Shown: piece by piece, positions 33,671 through 43,573 of the stretch
Numbering within the stretch: the stretch's first letter is position 1
Layout of the letters: each line of letters starts with the position of its first letter
Assembly: GCA_963555825.3 (NCBI GenBank)
Contig: CAUVXB020000001.1
Location: 1,824,001 to 1,888,000, forward strand
Length of the DNA stretch: 64,000 nucleotides
Origin: Alphaproteobacteria bacterium
GTDB lineage: Bacteria; Pseudomonadota; Alphaproteobacteria; JAAXGF01
Direction: 5' to 3'
Notes under the pieces: model-generated
Database searches by the model: none
What the model was told of the DNA's origin: nothing
Seen by the model: only the letters and a program-made list of their open reading frames with translations
Position numbers and translations under genes: made by a program

Positions 33671-33745
33671 GCCGCCGACCGTTCGGCGGAAGCACGCGCG
33701 GCGATTGAGCGCAGGCCAACTTCACGAAGTGAAGATGGCCGCACA
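33671..33745 (+). repeat. Structured intergenic repeat, family B, copy 3
   Basis: GCCGCCGACCGTTCGGC...CGCGGCGATTGAGCGCAGG, then an alternative hairpin GGCCA-ACTTCAC-GAA-GTGAAG-A-TGGCC and GCACA. Confidence 0.7.
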
Positions 33746-33754
33746 GGTAAACCA

Positions 33755-35050
33755 ATGCTGAACGTTCTGTGGTCGGTTAGCGCGCTGCTCACCGGCGTCG
33801 CCTTTCTGGGCATCGCCAACGGGTTGATGTTCACGCTGTTGGGCGTGCGCATGTCGATCGACGGCGTCTCGTCGCAGATGATCGGCATCGTCGGCTCGGC
33901 CTATTTCCTCGGCCTGTTGAGCGGCACCGTGTTCTGCGGCCGGGTCATCCGCCGCGTCGGGCACATTCGGGCCTTTACCGCCTTCGCCGCGATCGCGGCC
34001 ATCGCGTGCTTGTTGCACATCCTGATCGCGCCGGTCTGGGCCTGGGCGCTGTTCCGCGTCGCCATGGGCTTCTGCAGCGCCGGGCTCTTCATGATCGCCG
34101 AATCCTGGCTGCAGTACGTCGCCACCAGCGATATCCGCGGCCGTATCTATGCCTGTTACGCGATCGCCAGTTCGGCCGGCGCCGGCGTCGGGCCGCTGCT
34201 GATCAACCTGGGCGATCCGGCGAGCTACGAGATCTTCGCGATCGGCGCCATGCTGTTCTCGATCTGCCTGCTGCCGGTGGCGCTGACCCATGTCGGCGAC
34301 CCCGAGCACGAGGAGGATAGCCGCTTCGGCATCCGCGAGCTGTTCGCGATCTCGCCCGTCGCCGTGACCGGCGCCGTCTGCGCCGGGATGGTCAGCGGCG
34401 CCATCGCGACCATGAGCGCGGTGTTCGCCGAGCGCATCGGGCTGTCGGCGGTCTACATCTCGCTGTTCGTCTCGGCGATGCGTCTCGGCGGCTTCTCGAT
34501 GCAGTATCCGATCGGCGCGCTGTCGGATCGATTCGACCGGCGCCGCGTGCTGATCTTCCTGTGTCTCGGCGCGGCCGTCGCCTCGCTGCTCTACCTCGCG
34601 CCGGTCGCCGGGTTGCCGCTGGTCATCCTCGCGCTCGCGGTCGTCTTCGGCGCACTCAACCAGCCGATCCAAGCGCTGATCGTCTCGCACGCTTACGACT
34701 ACGTGGAGCGCAAGGATTTCGTCGCGACCAGCGCCGGGTTGCTGTTTGCCTACGGCCTCGGCGCCATCATCGGGCCGATCGCGGCGGCGCCGATGATGGA
34801 CCTGATGGGGCCGTCCGGCCTGTTCGTCTTCGCCGCCGCGGTGCTGCTCGTCTATGGCGGCTTCGTCGCATACCGCATGCGCCAGCGCGGCGCGGTGCCA
34901 CACGACGTCAAGACCGATTTCGTCGTCATCCCGAAGGAGATCCCGGCCGCCACCAAGCTGGATCCGCGCGCCCAGCGGGAACCCGACGAGCAAATGTCGG
35001 CCGAGGCGCGCGAGATGCAGCGCGAGCTCGACGAGGTCCGGTGGAGTTGA
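33755..35050 (+). CDS. MFS transporter (YcaD-like)
   Basis: About 12 hydrophobic segments; RRVGHIRAF, ESWL, RGRI and GALSDRFDRRRV motifs. Confidence 0.9.
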   Translation: MLNVLWSVSALLTGVAFLGIANGLMFTLLGVRMSIDGVSSQMIGIVGSAYFLGLLSGTVFCGRVIRRVGHIRAFTAFAAIAAIACLLHILIAPVWAWALFRVAMGFCSAGLFMIAESWLQYVATSDIRGRIYACYAIASSAGAGVGPLLINLGDPASYEIFAIGAMLFSICLLPVALTHVGDPEHEEDSRFGIRELFAISPVAVTGAVCAGMVSGAIATMSAVFAERIGLSAVYISLFVSAMRLGGFSMQYPIGALSDRFDRRRVLIFLCLGAAVASLLYLAPVAGLPLVILALAVVFGALNQPIQALIVSHAYDYVERKDFVATSAGLLFAYGLGAIIGPIAAAPMMDLMGPSGLFVFAAAVLLVYGGFVAYRMRQRGAVPHDVKTDFVVIPKEIPAATKLDPRAQREPDEQMSAEAREMQRELDEVRWS

Positions 35051-35058
35051 TCCACGGT

Positions 35059-35994
35059 ATGAGCGCGTTCTTGCGCTGGCTCGCGCGGCACGCCGCCGTG
35101 CTGCTCGCGGTCGGCGTCTTCGCCGGCCTCGCGCTGCCGCCGCTCGCCGCGCTCTTGCGGCCGCTCCTGGTGCCGGCGATCTCGCTCACCCTGGTCGTCA
35201 CCATCGCGCGCCTCGACTGGCGGGCGATGGCCGGCCACGGCCGCCGCATTGGCCTGACCGCGCTAGTCGTCGGCTGGCTGCTGCTGGTCTCGCCGGTGGT
35301 CGTCTGGTTCGTCGCCGACGCGCTCGGCGCGCCGGCCGCGCTGGTCACCGCGCTGACCCTGATGGCGGCGGCGCCGGCGATCATGTCGGCGCCCGCATTC
35401 GCGCTGATCCTCGGGCTCGACGCGCCGCTCGCCGTCGTCGTCGTCACCGTGGCGACGCTCGCGACGCCGTTCACGCTGCCGCCTGTCGCGCTCGCCCTCT
35501 TGGACCTCGACATCGACATCGGCGTCGCCGAGCTGATGCTGCGGCTCGCGGCGATCATCGGCGGCACTTTCGCTGCCGCTTACCTGTTCAAGCGGCTCGC
35601 GCCCGACGGCTGGATCGCCGCGCGCACGGCCGAGCTCGACGGCGTCGCGGTCGTCGCGCTGCTGGTCTTCGCGGTCGGCATCATGGACGGCGTCACGGCG
35701 CGATTGGTCGAGCGGCCCGGTTTCGTCATGCTGTGCATCGCCGCCGCCTTCGCCGCCAACCTGGCGCTTCAAGCCGCCGGCGCGCTGATCTTCGGGCCGA
35801 CGGGCATATCACGCGCGCTGACGCTCGGCCTGGCCAGCGGAAACCGCAACATGGGCCTGGTGCTCGCCGTGCTCGCCGACAAGGCCGACTTCGACGTCGT
35901 CGTCTTCTTCGCCGTCGGCCAGCTGCCGATGTACATCCTGCCGGCGCTGCTGCGGCCGCTCTACCGGCGCATGCTCGGCGCTCGGAACGCGTAG
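35059..35994 (+). CDS. Bile acid:sodium symporter / arsenite-efflux-like membrane protein
   Basis: Highly hydrophobic; AAPAIMSAPAFA..LGLD and GNRNMGL motifs; ATG 8 nt after the MFS stop. Confidence 0.75.
   Translation: MSAFLRWLARHAAVLLAVGVFAGLALPPLAALLRPLLVPAISLTLVVTIARLDWRAMAGHGRRIGLTALVVGWLLLVSPVVVWFVADALGAPAALVTALTLMAAAPAIMSAPAFALILGLDAPLAVVVVTVATLATPFTLPPVALALLDLDIDIGVAELMLRLAAIIGGTFAAAYLFKRLAPDGWIAARTAELDGVAVVALLVFAVGIMDGVTARLVERPGFVMLCIAAAFAANLALQAAGALIFGPTGISRALTLGLASGNRNMGLVLAVLADKADFDVVVFFAVGQLPMYILPALLRPLYRRMLGARNA
35726..35969 (+). repeat. Direct repeat copy 1 (3' end of the symporter gene)
   Basis: Near-identical to 41643-41877. Confidence 0.92.
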
Positions 35995-36196
35995 CCACAA
36001 ACATCAGGCCATCAATCGCACCACCGATGTCGGCAATCAGCCGCAAAGCGGAACGCCGGTGGCACATTCCCCTACGTCCGTTTGCGACCAGGACCGCGGC
36101 AAAACCCCGGCAACCACAACTATTTGAGGAGTCCCCGGTCAATTTTCCAAAATTGCCCTCTGGTCAGATGCTGAACTGGTTGAACTTGGAAATTCG

Positions 36197-36246
36197 AAAA
36201 GGGCTGTCCTAGATAAACCACGTGATCTAGGACAGCCCCACTTTTT
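36197..36246. terminator. Probable bidirectional rho-independent terminator
   Basis: AAAA-GGGCTGTCCTAGAT-N10-ATCTAGGACAGCCC-CACTTTTT; a 14-bp perfect stem ~100 nt downstream of the minus-strand fibre gene. Confidence 0.7.
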
Positions 36247-36672
36247 AACGCCGGTCAGCTTTCGAGTATAGCTTGGACCCTTGTCTACGCTGCGTTTGCT
36301 CGGGGTATCGTCGGTTTATCCGCAATCTCGAGCCCGGCGCGCGTTACATCCTTCGACAAAGAAGAATCGTAATGAATTCAGGGCGGCTATCTACTGTTTC
36401 CGAGGTTCCGGTAATCGTCCCGCCACCGGCAATATCTGTCCTGGCATTGAACTGGGTTCCACCAGCATTGTCATCGACCGGAGGGAAACTGCCATTCCAA
36501 GGCTCGAGATTGTGGCGATGCGCAGAACCCGTGAATGACCCGGCGCCATGGTTGTGTGTGTTCGCGCCGCCCGTGACTCCCACAGTAGCCGCAGCCATCA
36601 AGAATTTTCCATCGAAGGCAGCAACATGAGCGAAACCCGCAGGACAGAAGTTACTGTTACCCCACAGGATGA

Positions 36673-38122
36673 GGGGATGTCCCGGTCGATGTTGAAAAGT
36701 TGAGGTAGGTGTCGCTCTCCTGGAGCCGTTAGGCTCCGGGTGCTGCAAACCCAAAAGGGAGAACGACACCATGGGAAAGAATATCCGTAGTTCCAGCCGC
36801 CCGAAAGCCCTTGCCCCCTCGATTCCTATGCCGCCGCTGGCGGACGCGATGGACGCAGTCCATCTCAGCGTGGATCGGTTTTGTCTTCTGGCCGGGGTCG
36901 AGGCCTTGGCCGAGATGATGGAGGAGGACGCCACGACCGTGTGCGGGGCCCGACATCGCCGCCATGGGGACCGTCGAGGTTATCGCTGGGGCAGGACACA
37001 TAGCGAGATCGGCTACCACGGCGGCAAAGTGAAGGTGGCCCGGCCACGGGTTCGTGACCGGGCGGGCAAAGAGGTGAGCTTGGAGAGTTGGCAGGCGCTA
37101 CGCGATGGCAACCTGCTGCTCGAGTGGGCGCTCAACCTGATGGTGCTGAACGTGTCGACCCGCAAGTACCACCGCGCGGTCCGTCTGCCCGAGGGCGACC
37201 TGGCGAAAGCGCGTGGCGACGGCACCTCGAAGTCGGCCGTTTCCCGGCGCTTTGTGGCGCTGTCACGCAAGAAGATGAAGGCCTGGCTCGCCTCGGATCT
37301 CTCGGAACTCGACCTGCTAGTCATCCAGATCGACGGTCTGCATGTCGGCGACCATGTCCTGATGGCGGCGATCGGCGTCGATGGCAACGGCGACAAGCAT
37401 GTCCTGGCCGTGGTCGAGGGGGCGACGGAGAACACGGTCGTCGTCCAGGCCTTGATCGACAATCTCCTCGCCAGGGGGCTCGATCCGACACTGCCGCGGC
37501 TGTTCATCGTCGATGGCGCGAAGGCACTCAGCAAAGCGATCCGAAACACCTTCGGTGTGGCCGCCGCCATCCAGCGCTGCCAGGTCCACAAGGGCCGTAA
37601 CATCATCGAGCGCCTGCCCCAACATTTGCACGCGAGCGTCAAGAAGGCGCTCCGTCAGGCCTGGGACCAGGACGACGCAAACAAGGCCGAGCGGCTCTTG
37701 CGCAACCTGGTCCGGCGTCTGGAGCATGAGGAACCGGGCGTCTCGGGCAGCATCCTGGAGGGGCTGGACGAGATCCTCACCGTCATCCGCCTCGGCCTGC
37801 CGCACGAACTCCGGCGCTCGCTCGCCTGCACCAACATCGTCGAGAACGCGCTCGGCACGGTGCGCCAGGTCACCCGCAACGTCAAACGCTGGAGACACGC
37901 CGAGATGGCGCTCAGATGGACCGCCGCCGGCCTGCTGGAGGCCCAGAAAACCTTCCGTCGCCTCAAGGCCTATCGCCAGCTGCCCATCCTCCGAAATGCT
38001 CTCCAGGAACACTTGAGAAAGGCTCAGGCCGACAGTGCCATTGAAACCATCATGAAGGCAGCATAGCATCATCAACCAGCGACGCCTGCCCCACGAATTT
38101 CAACAGAGATAGGGACATCGCC
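36673..38122 (+). mobile_element. IS256-family element, 1450 bp, with target duplication
   Basis: GGGGATGTCCC...GGGACATCGCC ends; AGGATGA duplicated (36666-36672 and 38123-38129). Confidence 0.95.
36771..38066 (+). CDS. IS256 (Mutator) transposase
   Basis: VSTRKY, SKSAVSR, IQIDG, FIVDGAKAL, QRCQVHK.RN and TNIVEN motifs. Confidence 0.95.
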   Translation: MGKNIRSSSRPKALAPSIPMPPLADAMDAVHLSVDRFCLLAGVEALAEMMEEDATTVCGARHRRHGDRRGYRWGRTHSEIGYHGGKVKVARPRVRDRAGKEVSLESWQALRDGNLLLEWALNLMVLNVSTRKYHRAVRLPEGDLAKARGDGTSKSAVSRRFVALSRKKMKAWLASDLSELDLLVIQIDGLHVGDHVLMAAIGVDGNGDKHVLAVVEGATENTVVVQALIDNLLARGLDPTLPRLFIVDGAKALSKAIRNTFGVAAAIQRCQVHKGRNIIERLPQHLHASVKKALRQAWDQDDANKAERLLRNLVRRLEHEEPGVSGSILEGLDEILTVIRLGLPHELRRSLACTNIVENALGTVRQVTRNVKRWRHAEMALRWTAAGLLEAQKTFRRLKAYRQLPILRNALQEHLRKAQADSAIETIMKAA

Positions 38123-38762
38123 AGGATGATCGCATTTGTAGGTAAGGCCGGTACCGGTTGTAAACCGATCGTCAGGCTATAGACGTCCTGCCGGTTTTGT
38201 CCGCTGCCTGTTCTGACGCTTAGCAGATAATTGCCGGCCACAAGGCCGAACGGCAAATCCACGACTATCTGGTTTGGCGCTGCAGCTACTATGTCGAGCG
38301 GTGCGGCAAATTCACCAAGGGTCACTGCAAGTCCCGGACCATTGTCGAAATCTTGCCCATTAATCGTTAATTGATCCGGCAGCGGAACATCCACGAACAC
38401 TTCTGTGATGACTACTCGGCCCTCCGCTGTCGATACCGGGCCAAACATAAGCATGACGAGACCAATGATCCCCGCTAGGCTCCGCATTGTCAGCCGACGC
38501 AGCCCTGACTCCGTACGTCGTACATTAAAGATTTTCATCGGTCGACCTCCCATTAAATCGAATTACGGCATCGTAATCATATTTTCTGTGAATTCTAAAC
38601 GACCCCGATGCAAGGATTCCTTTCATGCCTGCAGCGAATCGTGCGTGCAGCCAAAAATGCTGGTTTTTTTGATCATTAAAACAAACGACTAGAATTTATA
38701 TAGGAGTTCAATTTCACAAGAGCTTTCACCACTGAAAAAACCAAACAGCCGGAGGGCAATCG

Positions 38763-41340
38763 ATGTCACTAGCAGCGGATACGTTGAGACAGGTCCACAT
38801 TCGCATCATGACCGAAATCATGATCGAGATCGGGAAGCATAAGAAACTTCAACCGAAGGTTAAAAGCCAATTCAACGCATGGAGACTGAACTCAATCTCC
38901 CCAGCAAGAACGATCCAGCGTGGTACCGGATTTTCCATGGAAACATGCCATCGGACCATATCTTCAACGCGGTGGTTTTCGATTACTTGTGAGGGGAGTT
39001 CAAGGAAGACAGGGAAAATTGGGGCATTTCCATTCAGTCCGAGGGGAACATTGCCGCACATATAAGAAAACTAAAGTTTGAAATGCGAAGGCAAATTACT
39101 TCATCTTCCAATCCATTCTGGGCTATACTTACCGAAGCTGAAGATTTCGAGTATGAGCCGGAGGTTCCACGTCAATTAATTCAAGAATATATTGGATATC
39201 GACGAGAAAGCGAACAGGAAGATTTGATAAGATTTTACCTTCGCATATTTTATGACAAGAAGTCAAAAAGCACGAAAAATAGAGTATATTTCTTGAATAG
39301 ATAATCAAGAATCGAACAAAATCGGGTCGTAAAAGGTGGCGGCATTTTGCTAAAGAAACATTATATTTGTTCGGCCACGCGAGAATTCGCAAAAAAAAGG
39401 AATCTCGGGTATAGGGTGCTGGCGCTAAAGGTGTTGAACGAAAATGGCGTTCTTAGCGGTGTCGTTATATCGATGGATCCGGAGGGCCCTATTTCGGCGA
39501 AAGTCGTATTGATTCCTATCACGCAGCATGTACTTACCACTGTACAGAAAGAAATACCGGGTGAGAGTCCTCTGAAAAACGACGTATTCATAGACTACAT
39601 GATCAGTGAGGCGCACCTGAGAGATAAAAAACGCTATTTGGAAGAGATCGTCGCAAACACCGGAAATTGCTTTAATTCAGATACAGATGGGGTATTTGTT
39701 CACACCTCAAATTGGCGCGGAACAACAACCCTACTCAAGGGTGCCGCGCCGAGCAACCTCGACTTGGTCTTGAGAGAGTTGGAGCTACGAAAAATTGGAG
39801 GAAGTAAGGGGTACGACATTGATGAAAGAATTTGCCTCGCTTTAGAGGATTTCTTCATTAACAGCCCGTTGATTAAGTGGCTTTTTCCGGCTCTCACTCC
39901 CAGATGAGGAATGCGGCGGCGAAAACCGTCTGGCCGCTTTGCGAGACCCCCAGTGCGCCCAGCATGGCCCCGGTGGGCGTGAGCAGCACGAAAATACCGC
40001 CATATCCGCCCGCCACGGCCTCGCGCGGGGTGCCGGCGCCGATGAGTTGGCGCATCAGCAACGATAGGTTGTGGCCGGCGACGTGGAGCAGGTATCGCTT
40101 GTGCACGTTCTCGCGGCCCCGAAGCCAGGTCCGGCGCATGCCGCCGCGATCGAGGTTGTGGGCGAAGGAGCGCTCGACGATCTCGGCGCGCAGCTTGAAG
40201 GCTTGCTTGGCCACCCCCGATAACAGCCGGGTCCGGTTGTTGGTGACCGCGCGCCGCGCCGCCTCGTCGCCGCGCCAGCGCGCGAAGCCCTTCTGCTTGG
40301 GCTCGGCGATCCGGGTCTTCCACGGGCCGTTGTCCAAGGCCTTCAAGACCGCCCGTGAGTGATAGCCTTTGTCGGTCACACATTCGGCCGGGTCCTCTGC
40401 CGTCGGCGCCGCGTCAACGCTCGCAAGGTTCTCCTTGGCCGTCTCCAACGTTTTGGGAAGCGTCGTCGTGTCGCCCTCGTCGGCCGGGTGCAGCTCGGCG
40501 GCCACCACCGCGCCGGTGTCCAGATCCACCGCGTGCTCGGGCTTGTAGGCCAGATGCGTCGTGCCGTCCTTCATCTTGGCGATCTTGGCCTCGGGGTCGC
40601 TCTTCGAAACCCAGTCCTCGTTGGAAAGCTTCTTGCCCTTGCGCTTGCGGTCCAGACGCGCCAGGTCCTCGGCCGTGGGCGTCTCGATGCCGCTCTCCCG
40701 GGCCAGGTGCTCCAGCATCTCGGTAGCCTTCACCCGTGTCGCGCCGCACGATGTTGCGCAGCGCCGCGTTGGCCTCCATGGTCGAGGCATCCACCCCGAT
40801 GCGCTCGCCCTTCACCAGACCCGCCTCGCCGATCAAGGCCAGAACCCAGTCGAAGACCGCCGCGTGGACTTCATGGGGCAGGCGCGCGCGGGTCTTCGAC
40901 AGCCAGGAATGGTCCGGCACCCGCTCACGGCTCCCCAGTCGCAGGAACTCCCGCAGCGACAGGGAATCCGAGCAACGCCACTCCAGACCGCGCTCTGAGT
41001 CGATGCCCTCGAAGTAGCCCACCAGGTGCATGCGGAAATAGCGCCCGGGCGGCACCGAGGGCGCGCCCATCCTGGCCGCGTAATAGGGCCGGCAGCTCGC
41101 CTCGGCAAAGGCGTCGAAGCCGCCCTCGATCAGCACCGACTGCAGGCGGTCGTAAAACACATGACCCGGCGAGCGCGGCATCTCCGCCCAGCCCACCATC
41201 AAGTCCCCCTGACGATCCTTCTGCTGTCCCATCGCCATCGGCGAATCCTCCGGTCAAATCAGAACATCAAAGAATCAGACCAGGCCGCTTGCGTCCAGTG
41301 CCGACTTCGTCAACGGGCTGTTAAGGGTCGGCGCAGGTAA
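38763..41340 (+). pseudogene. Degraded low-GC hypothetical gene (~370 aa) with a frameshift, two internal stops and an IS near its 3' end
   Basis: ORFs 39083-39304 and 39347-39907 share a frame and are separated by a single stop, and the frame extends upstream past another stop. After IS excision the gene ends ..EDFFIKGRRR* at 41340. Confidence 0.5.
39862..41320 (-). mobile_element. IS1182/IS5-like element with a frameshifted transposase (39894-41238)
   Basis: CAGCCCGTTGA...TCAACGGGCTG ends with TTAA duplicated; HVFY.RL, GIDSERGL, PDHSWLS, VDASTMEANA, YKPEHAVD, DKGY and VERSFAH motifs; frame break at ~40722. Confidence 0.88.
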
Positions 41341-41642
41341 TAGGGCGGTTTGAAAGGATATCCTAAGAAACTTCGGGTGGGCCGTGATGAACGTCTCGGC
41401 ATAAGAGTTTTGATGAGAACGATCTTCATCTCATTTTGAGGCGGTGAACGAAAATATGCCGGCGGATTTCACGAGGCTGCGCCAGTGCACGCTCCAATTG
41501 AGAAGTGTTGAAATCTACGGCACCGATTTCCGGCCACGTTTCGCCCCCTGGGCTCGCGTGGGCCCCAATGGCCGGATCGCGACACGACGACGTAGGTCTC
41601 GACATGTGCAACAGCTGGATTTCTGCTGTGGGCTGAAGGCGT

Positions 41643-41877
41643 TCATGCTGTGCATCGCCGCCGCCTTCGCCGCCAACCTGGCGCTTCAAGCCGCCGGCGC
41701 GCTGATCTTCGGGCCGACGGGCATATCACGCGCGCTGACGCTCGGCCTGGCCAGCGGAAACCGCAACATGGGCCTGGTGCTCGCCGACAAGGCCGACTTC
41801 GACGTCGTCGTCTTTTTCGCCGTCGGTCAGCTGCCGATGTACATCCTGCCGGCGCTGCTGCGGCCGCTCTACCGGCG
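41643..41877 (+). repeat. Direct repeat copy 2 (orphan symporter 3' end, runs to TAG 41896)
   Basis: Matches 35726-35969 apart from a 9-nt deletion and a few SNPs; has a different terminus (RLMRSG*). Confidence 0.92.
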
Positions 41878-41892
41878 GCTGATGCGGTCGGG

Positions 41893-42180
41893 TTAGTCGC
41901 GCGCTGCCTGGCGCCGCGCCAGGATCACGTTGTAGAGCCAGGCGATCAGCAAGCCGCCGACGCCGCCGTCGACGAAGCCCCATGCCGCGCCGATCAGGCT
42001 GCCGGCGAAGCTCGGATCGAAGCCCAAATAGACCGACGACATCAAAACGACGACCTCGGTGCCCCAGTCGGCCGCCGCCGCCATGATGCCGAGGATAAAC
42101 ACGCCGAGCGCCCACATGATGCCGAACGCCAGGCCAAGGCTGACCGCATCGAGCCGCGCCGCCTGCAGTTGCTGTGTCAT
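41893..42180 (-). CDS. Small membrane protein (holin-like family)
   Basis: LGLAFGIMWAL...SVYLGF.PSFAGSLIG..WGFVDG..GG.LIAWLYN; backbone-like codon usage. Confidence 0.7.
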   Translation of the reverse strand: MTQQLQAARLDAVSLGLAFGIMWALGVFILGIMAAAADWGTEVVVLMSSVYLGFDPSFAGSLIGAAWGFVDGGVGGLLIAWLYNVILARRQAARD

Positions 42181-42241
42181 GGCAGGTTCCCTCCGAGAGG
42201 TGCCCCCTACCCTATGGAAATGGGCATCGGCAGGCGCCGTT

Positions 42242-43195
42242 TCAACGCTCGACGACGGCCTCGGCGCCGCGCGCTTCGGGTTCGGTGTCGACCATCTCGG
42301 GCGGGAAGCCGGGGGCGCGCAGGTCGCAGCCGCAGGCGTCCTCGAGCCGCTTGACGATCATCGACGACCAGGCGCGCCCGCCGTAGCGTTCGGCGCCGTC
42401 CTTGAAGATGTCGAGCACGATCGGCGAGATCTCCAGCGGCACGTCGCAGCGCTCGGCGAGGCCGTCGAACAGGCCCATGTCCTTGACCACCAGGTCCATG
42501 GTGAAGTTGATGTTGTAGCTGCCGTTCAGGATCACCTGGCTCTCGGTCTCGTGGACGAAGGAATTGCCCGACGAGATGCGGATCGCCTCGTAGGTGGTGG
42601 CGAGGTCCATGCCCGCCTGCTTGGCGACGGTCAGCGCCTCGCCGATCGCCACCAGATGGACCGAGGCCAGATAATTGGTCACCACCTTGAGGATCGACGC
42701 CGAGCCGAGCGGACCGACGTGCAGGATGCGCCGGCCCATCACCTCGAGCGCGGGTAAGGCACGCTCAAAGGCCGCGCGGGCGCCGCCGACGAAGATCGCG
42801 ATGTTGCCGGTCGCGGCGCGGTGGCAGCCGCCCGAGACCGGCCCGTCCATCGGCGTCGCGCCCTTGGCCTCGACGAGGACGGCGAACCGGCGCACTTCGG
42901 CCTCGTCGGTGGTGCTCATCTCGAGCCACATCTTGCCGGTTGTCAGACCGGCGATGACGCCGTCGTCGGCCTCCATGACCTGGCTGACGATTGCCGGCGA
43001 CGGCAGGCAGGTGATCACCAGATCGGCGGCTTGCGCGAGCGCCTTTGGCGTCTCGGCCCAGGCCGCGCCATCGGCCAGGAACGGCTCGGCGGCCGCCCGA
43101 TCGAGGTCGCGCACGACCAACTCGAAACCGTTGCGTTGCAGGCTGCCGGCCAGCTTGCCGCCGACGTTGCCCAGTCCAATGAACCCGACCTTCAT
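42242..43195 (-). CDS. NAD(P)-dependent beta-hydroxyacid (3-hydroxyisobutyrate) dehydrogenase family protein
   Basis: MKVGFIGLGNVG, ITCLPSP, EMSTT, PVSGG, LKVVTNYL and F...LVVKD motifs. Confidence 0.9.
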   Translation of the reverse strand: MKVGFIGLGNVGGKLAGSLQRNGFELVVRDLDRAAAEPFLADGAAWAETPKALAQAADLVITCLPSPAIVSQVMEADDGVIAGLTTGKMWLEMSTTDEAEVRRFAVLVEAKGATPMDGPVSGGCHRAATGNIAIFVGGARAAFERALPALEVMGRRILHVGPLGSASILKVVTNYLASVHLVAIGEALTVAKQAGMDLATTYEAIRISSGNSFVHETESQVILNGSYNINFTMDLVVKDMGLFDGLAERCDVPLEISPIVLDIFKDGAERYGGRAWSSMIVKRLEDACGCDLRAPGFPPEMVDTEPEARGAEAVVER

Positions 43196-43253
43196 CAGAT
43201 ACCGCCCCTCTCTTCGAATTTCATAACGAGTTTTCTCGACCGCGCCGTGCCCG

Positions 43254-43412
43254 CTATCGCTTATGGACCCTGAGCACCTCGTACGTCCAACGGATCGGCG
43301 GCGCAATCGGAAAGTCCTTGGGCGACAGATAGATCGTCGATTCGAAGGACCGCGATTCGTCGGGTTGGATGCGGCCGGCCGGCGAGATGCGCTGCTCGAC
43401 CGCGACCTCGCA
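43254..43412 (-). pseudogene. C-terminal fragment of an unknown gene truncated at a MITE remnant
   Basis: Coding-like frame EVAVEQRISPAGRIQPDESRSFESTIYLSP..WTYEVLRVHKR* begins exactly at the repeat boundary. Confidence 0.4.
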
Positions 43413-43500
43413 GCCCAGGCTACGCTCGGCGGCCTTCTCCTGGCGGATGGGACCCCGCCCGACGCGATGACGCGCCTGTCCATGGTGAGAAGTCCGGGCT
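43413..43500. repeat. MITE family A, right half
   Basis: About 90% identical to 3391-3479. Confidence 0.8.
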
Positions 43501-43573
43501 CGTCGCACATAGCTTCATTGATCAGAGCCCGTTGAAATCAACGTAAAGGGTATATAACCTCACAAACGAGCGA

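Larger units (their letters stand above)
36344..38538 (-). pseudogene. Secreted IPT/TIG-like plus phage tail-collar-like protein interrupted by IS256
   Basis: Signal peptide, LTINGQDF and GNYLLSV Ig-like strands. Excision restores LPTNAIIL|WGNSNFCPAGF...FDGKFL...GVTGGANTH.H...RPEFITILLCRR. Confidence 0.75.
35995..41642. mobile_element. Lower-GC genomic island bracketed by ~240-bp direct repeats
   Basis: GC drop, foreign ORFs and two IS, with the symporter 3' end duplicated on both sides. No integrase seen. Confidence 0.7.

Noticed and set aside
41893-42180. Prophage lysis module
   Set aside because: A lone holin-like membrane gene with host codon usage; no endolysin or phage genes nearby.
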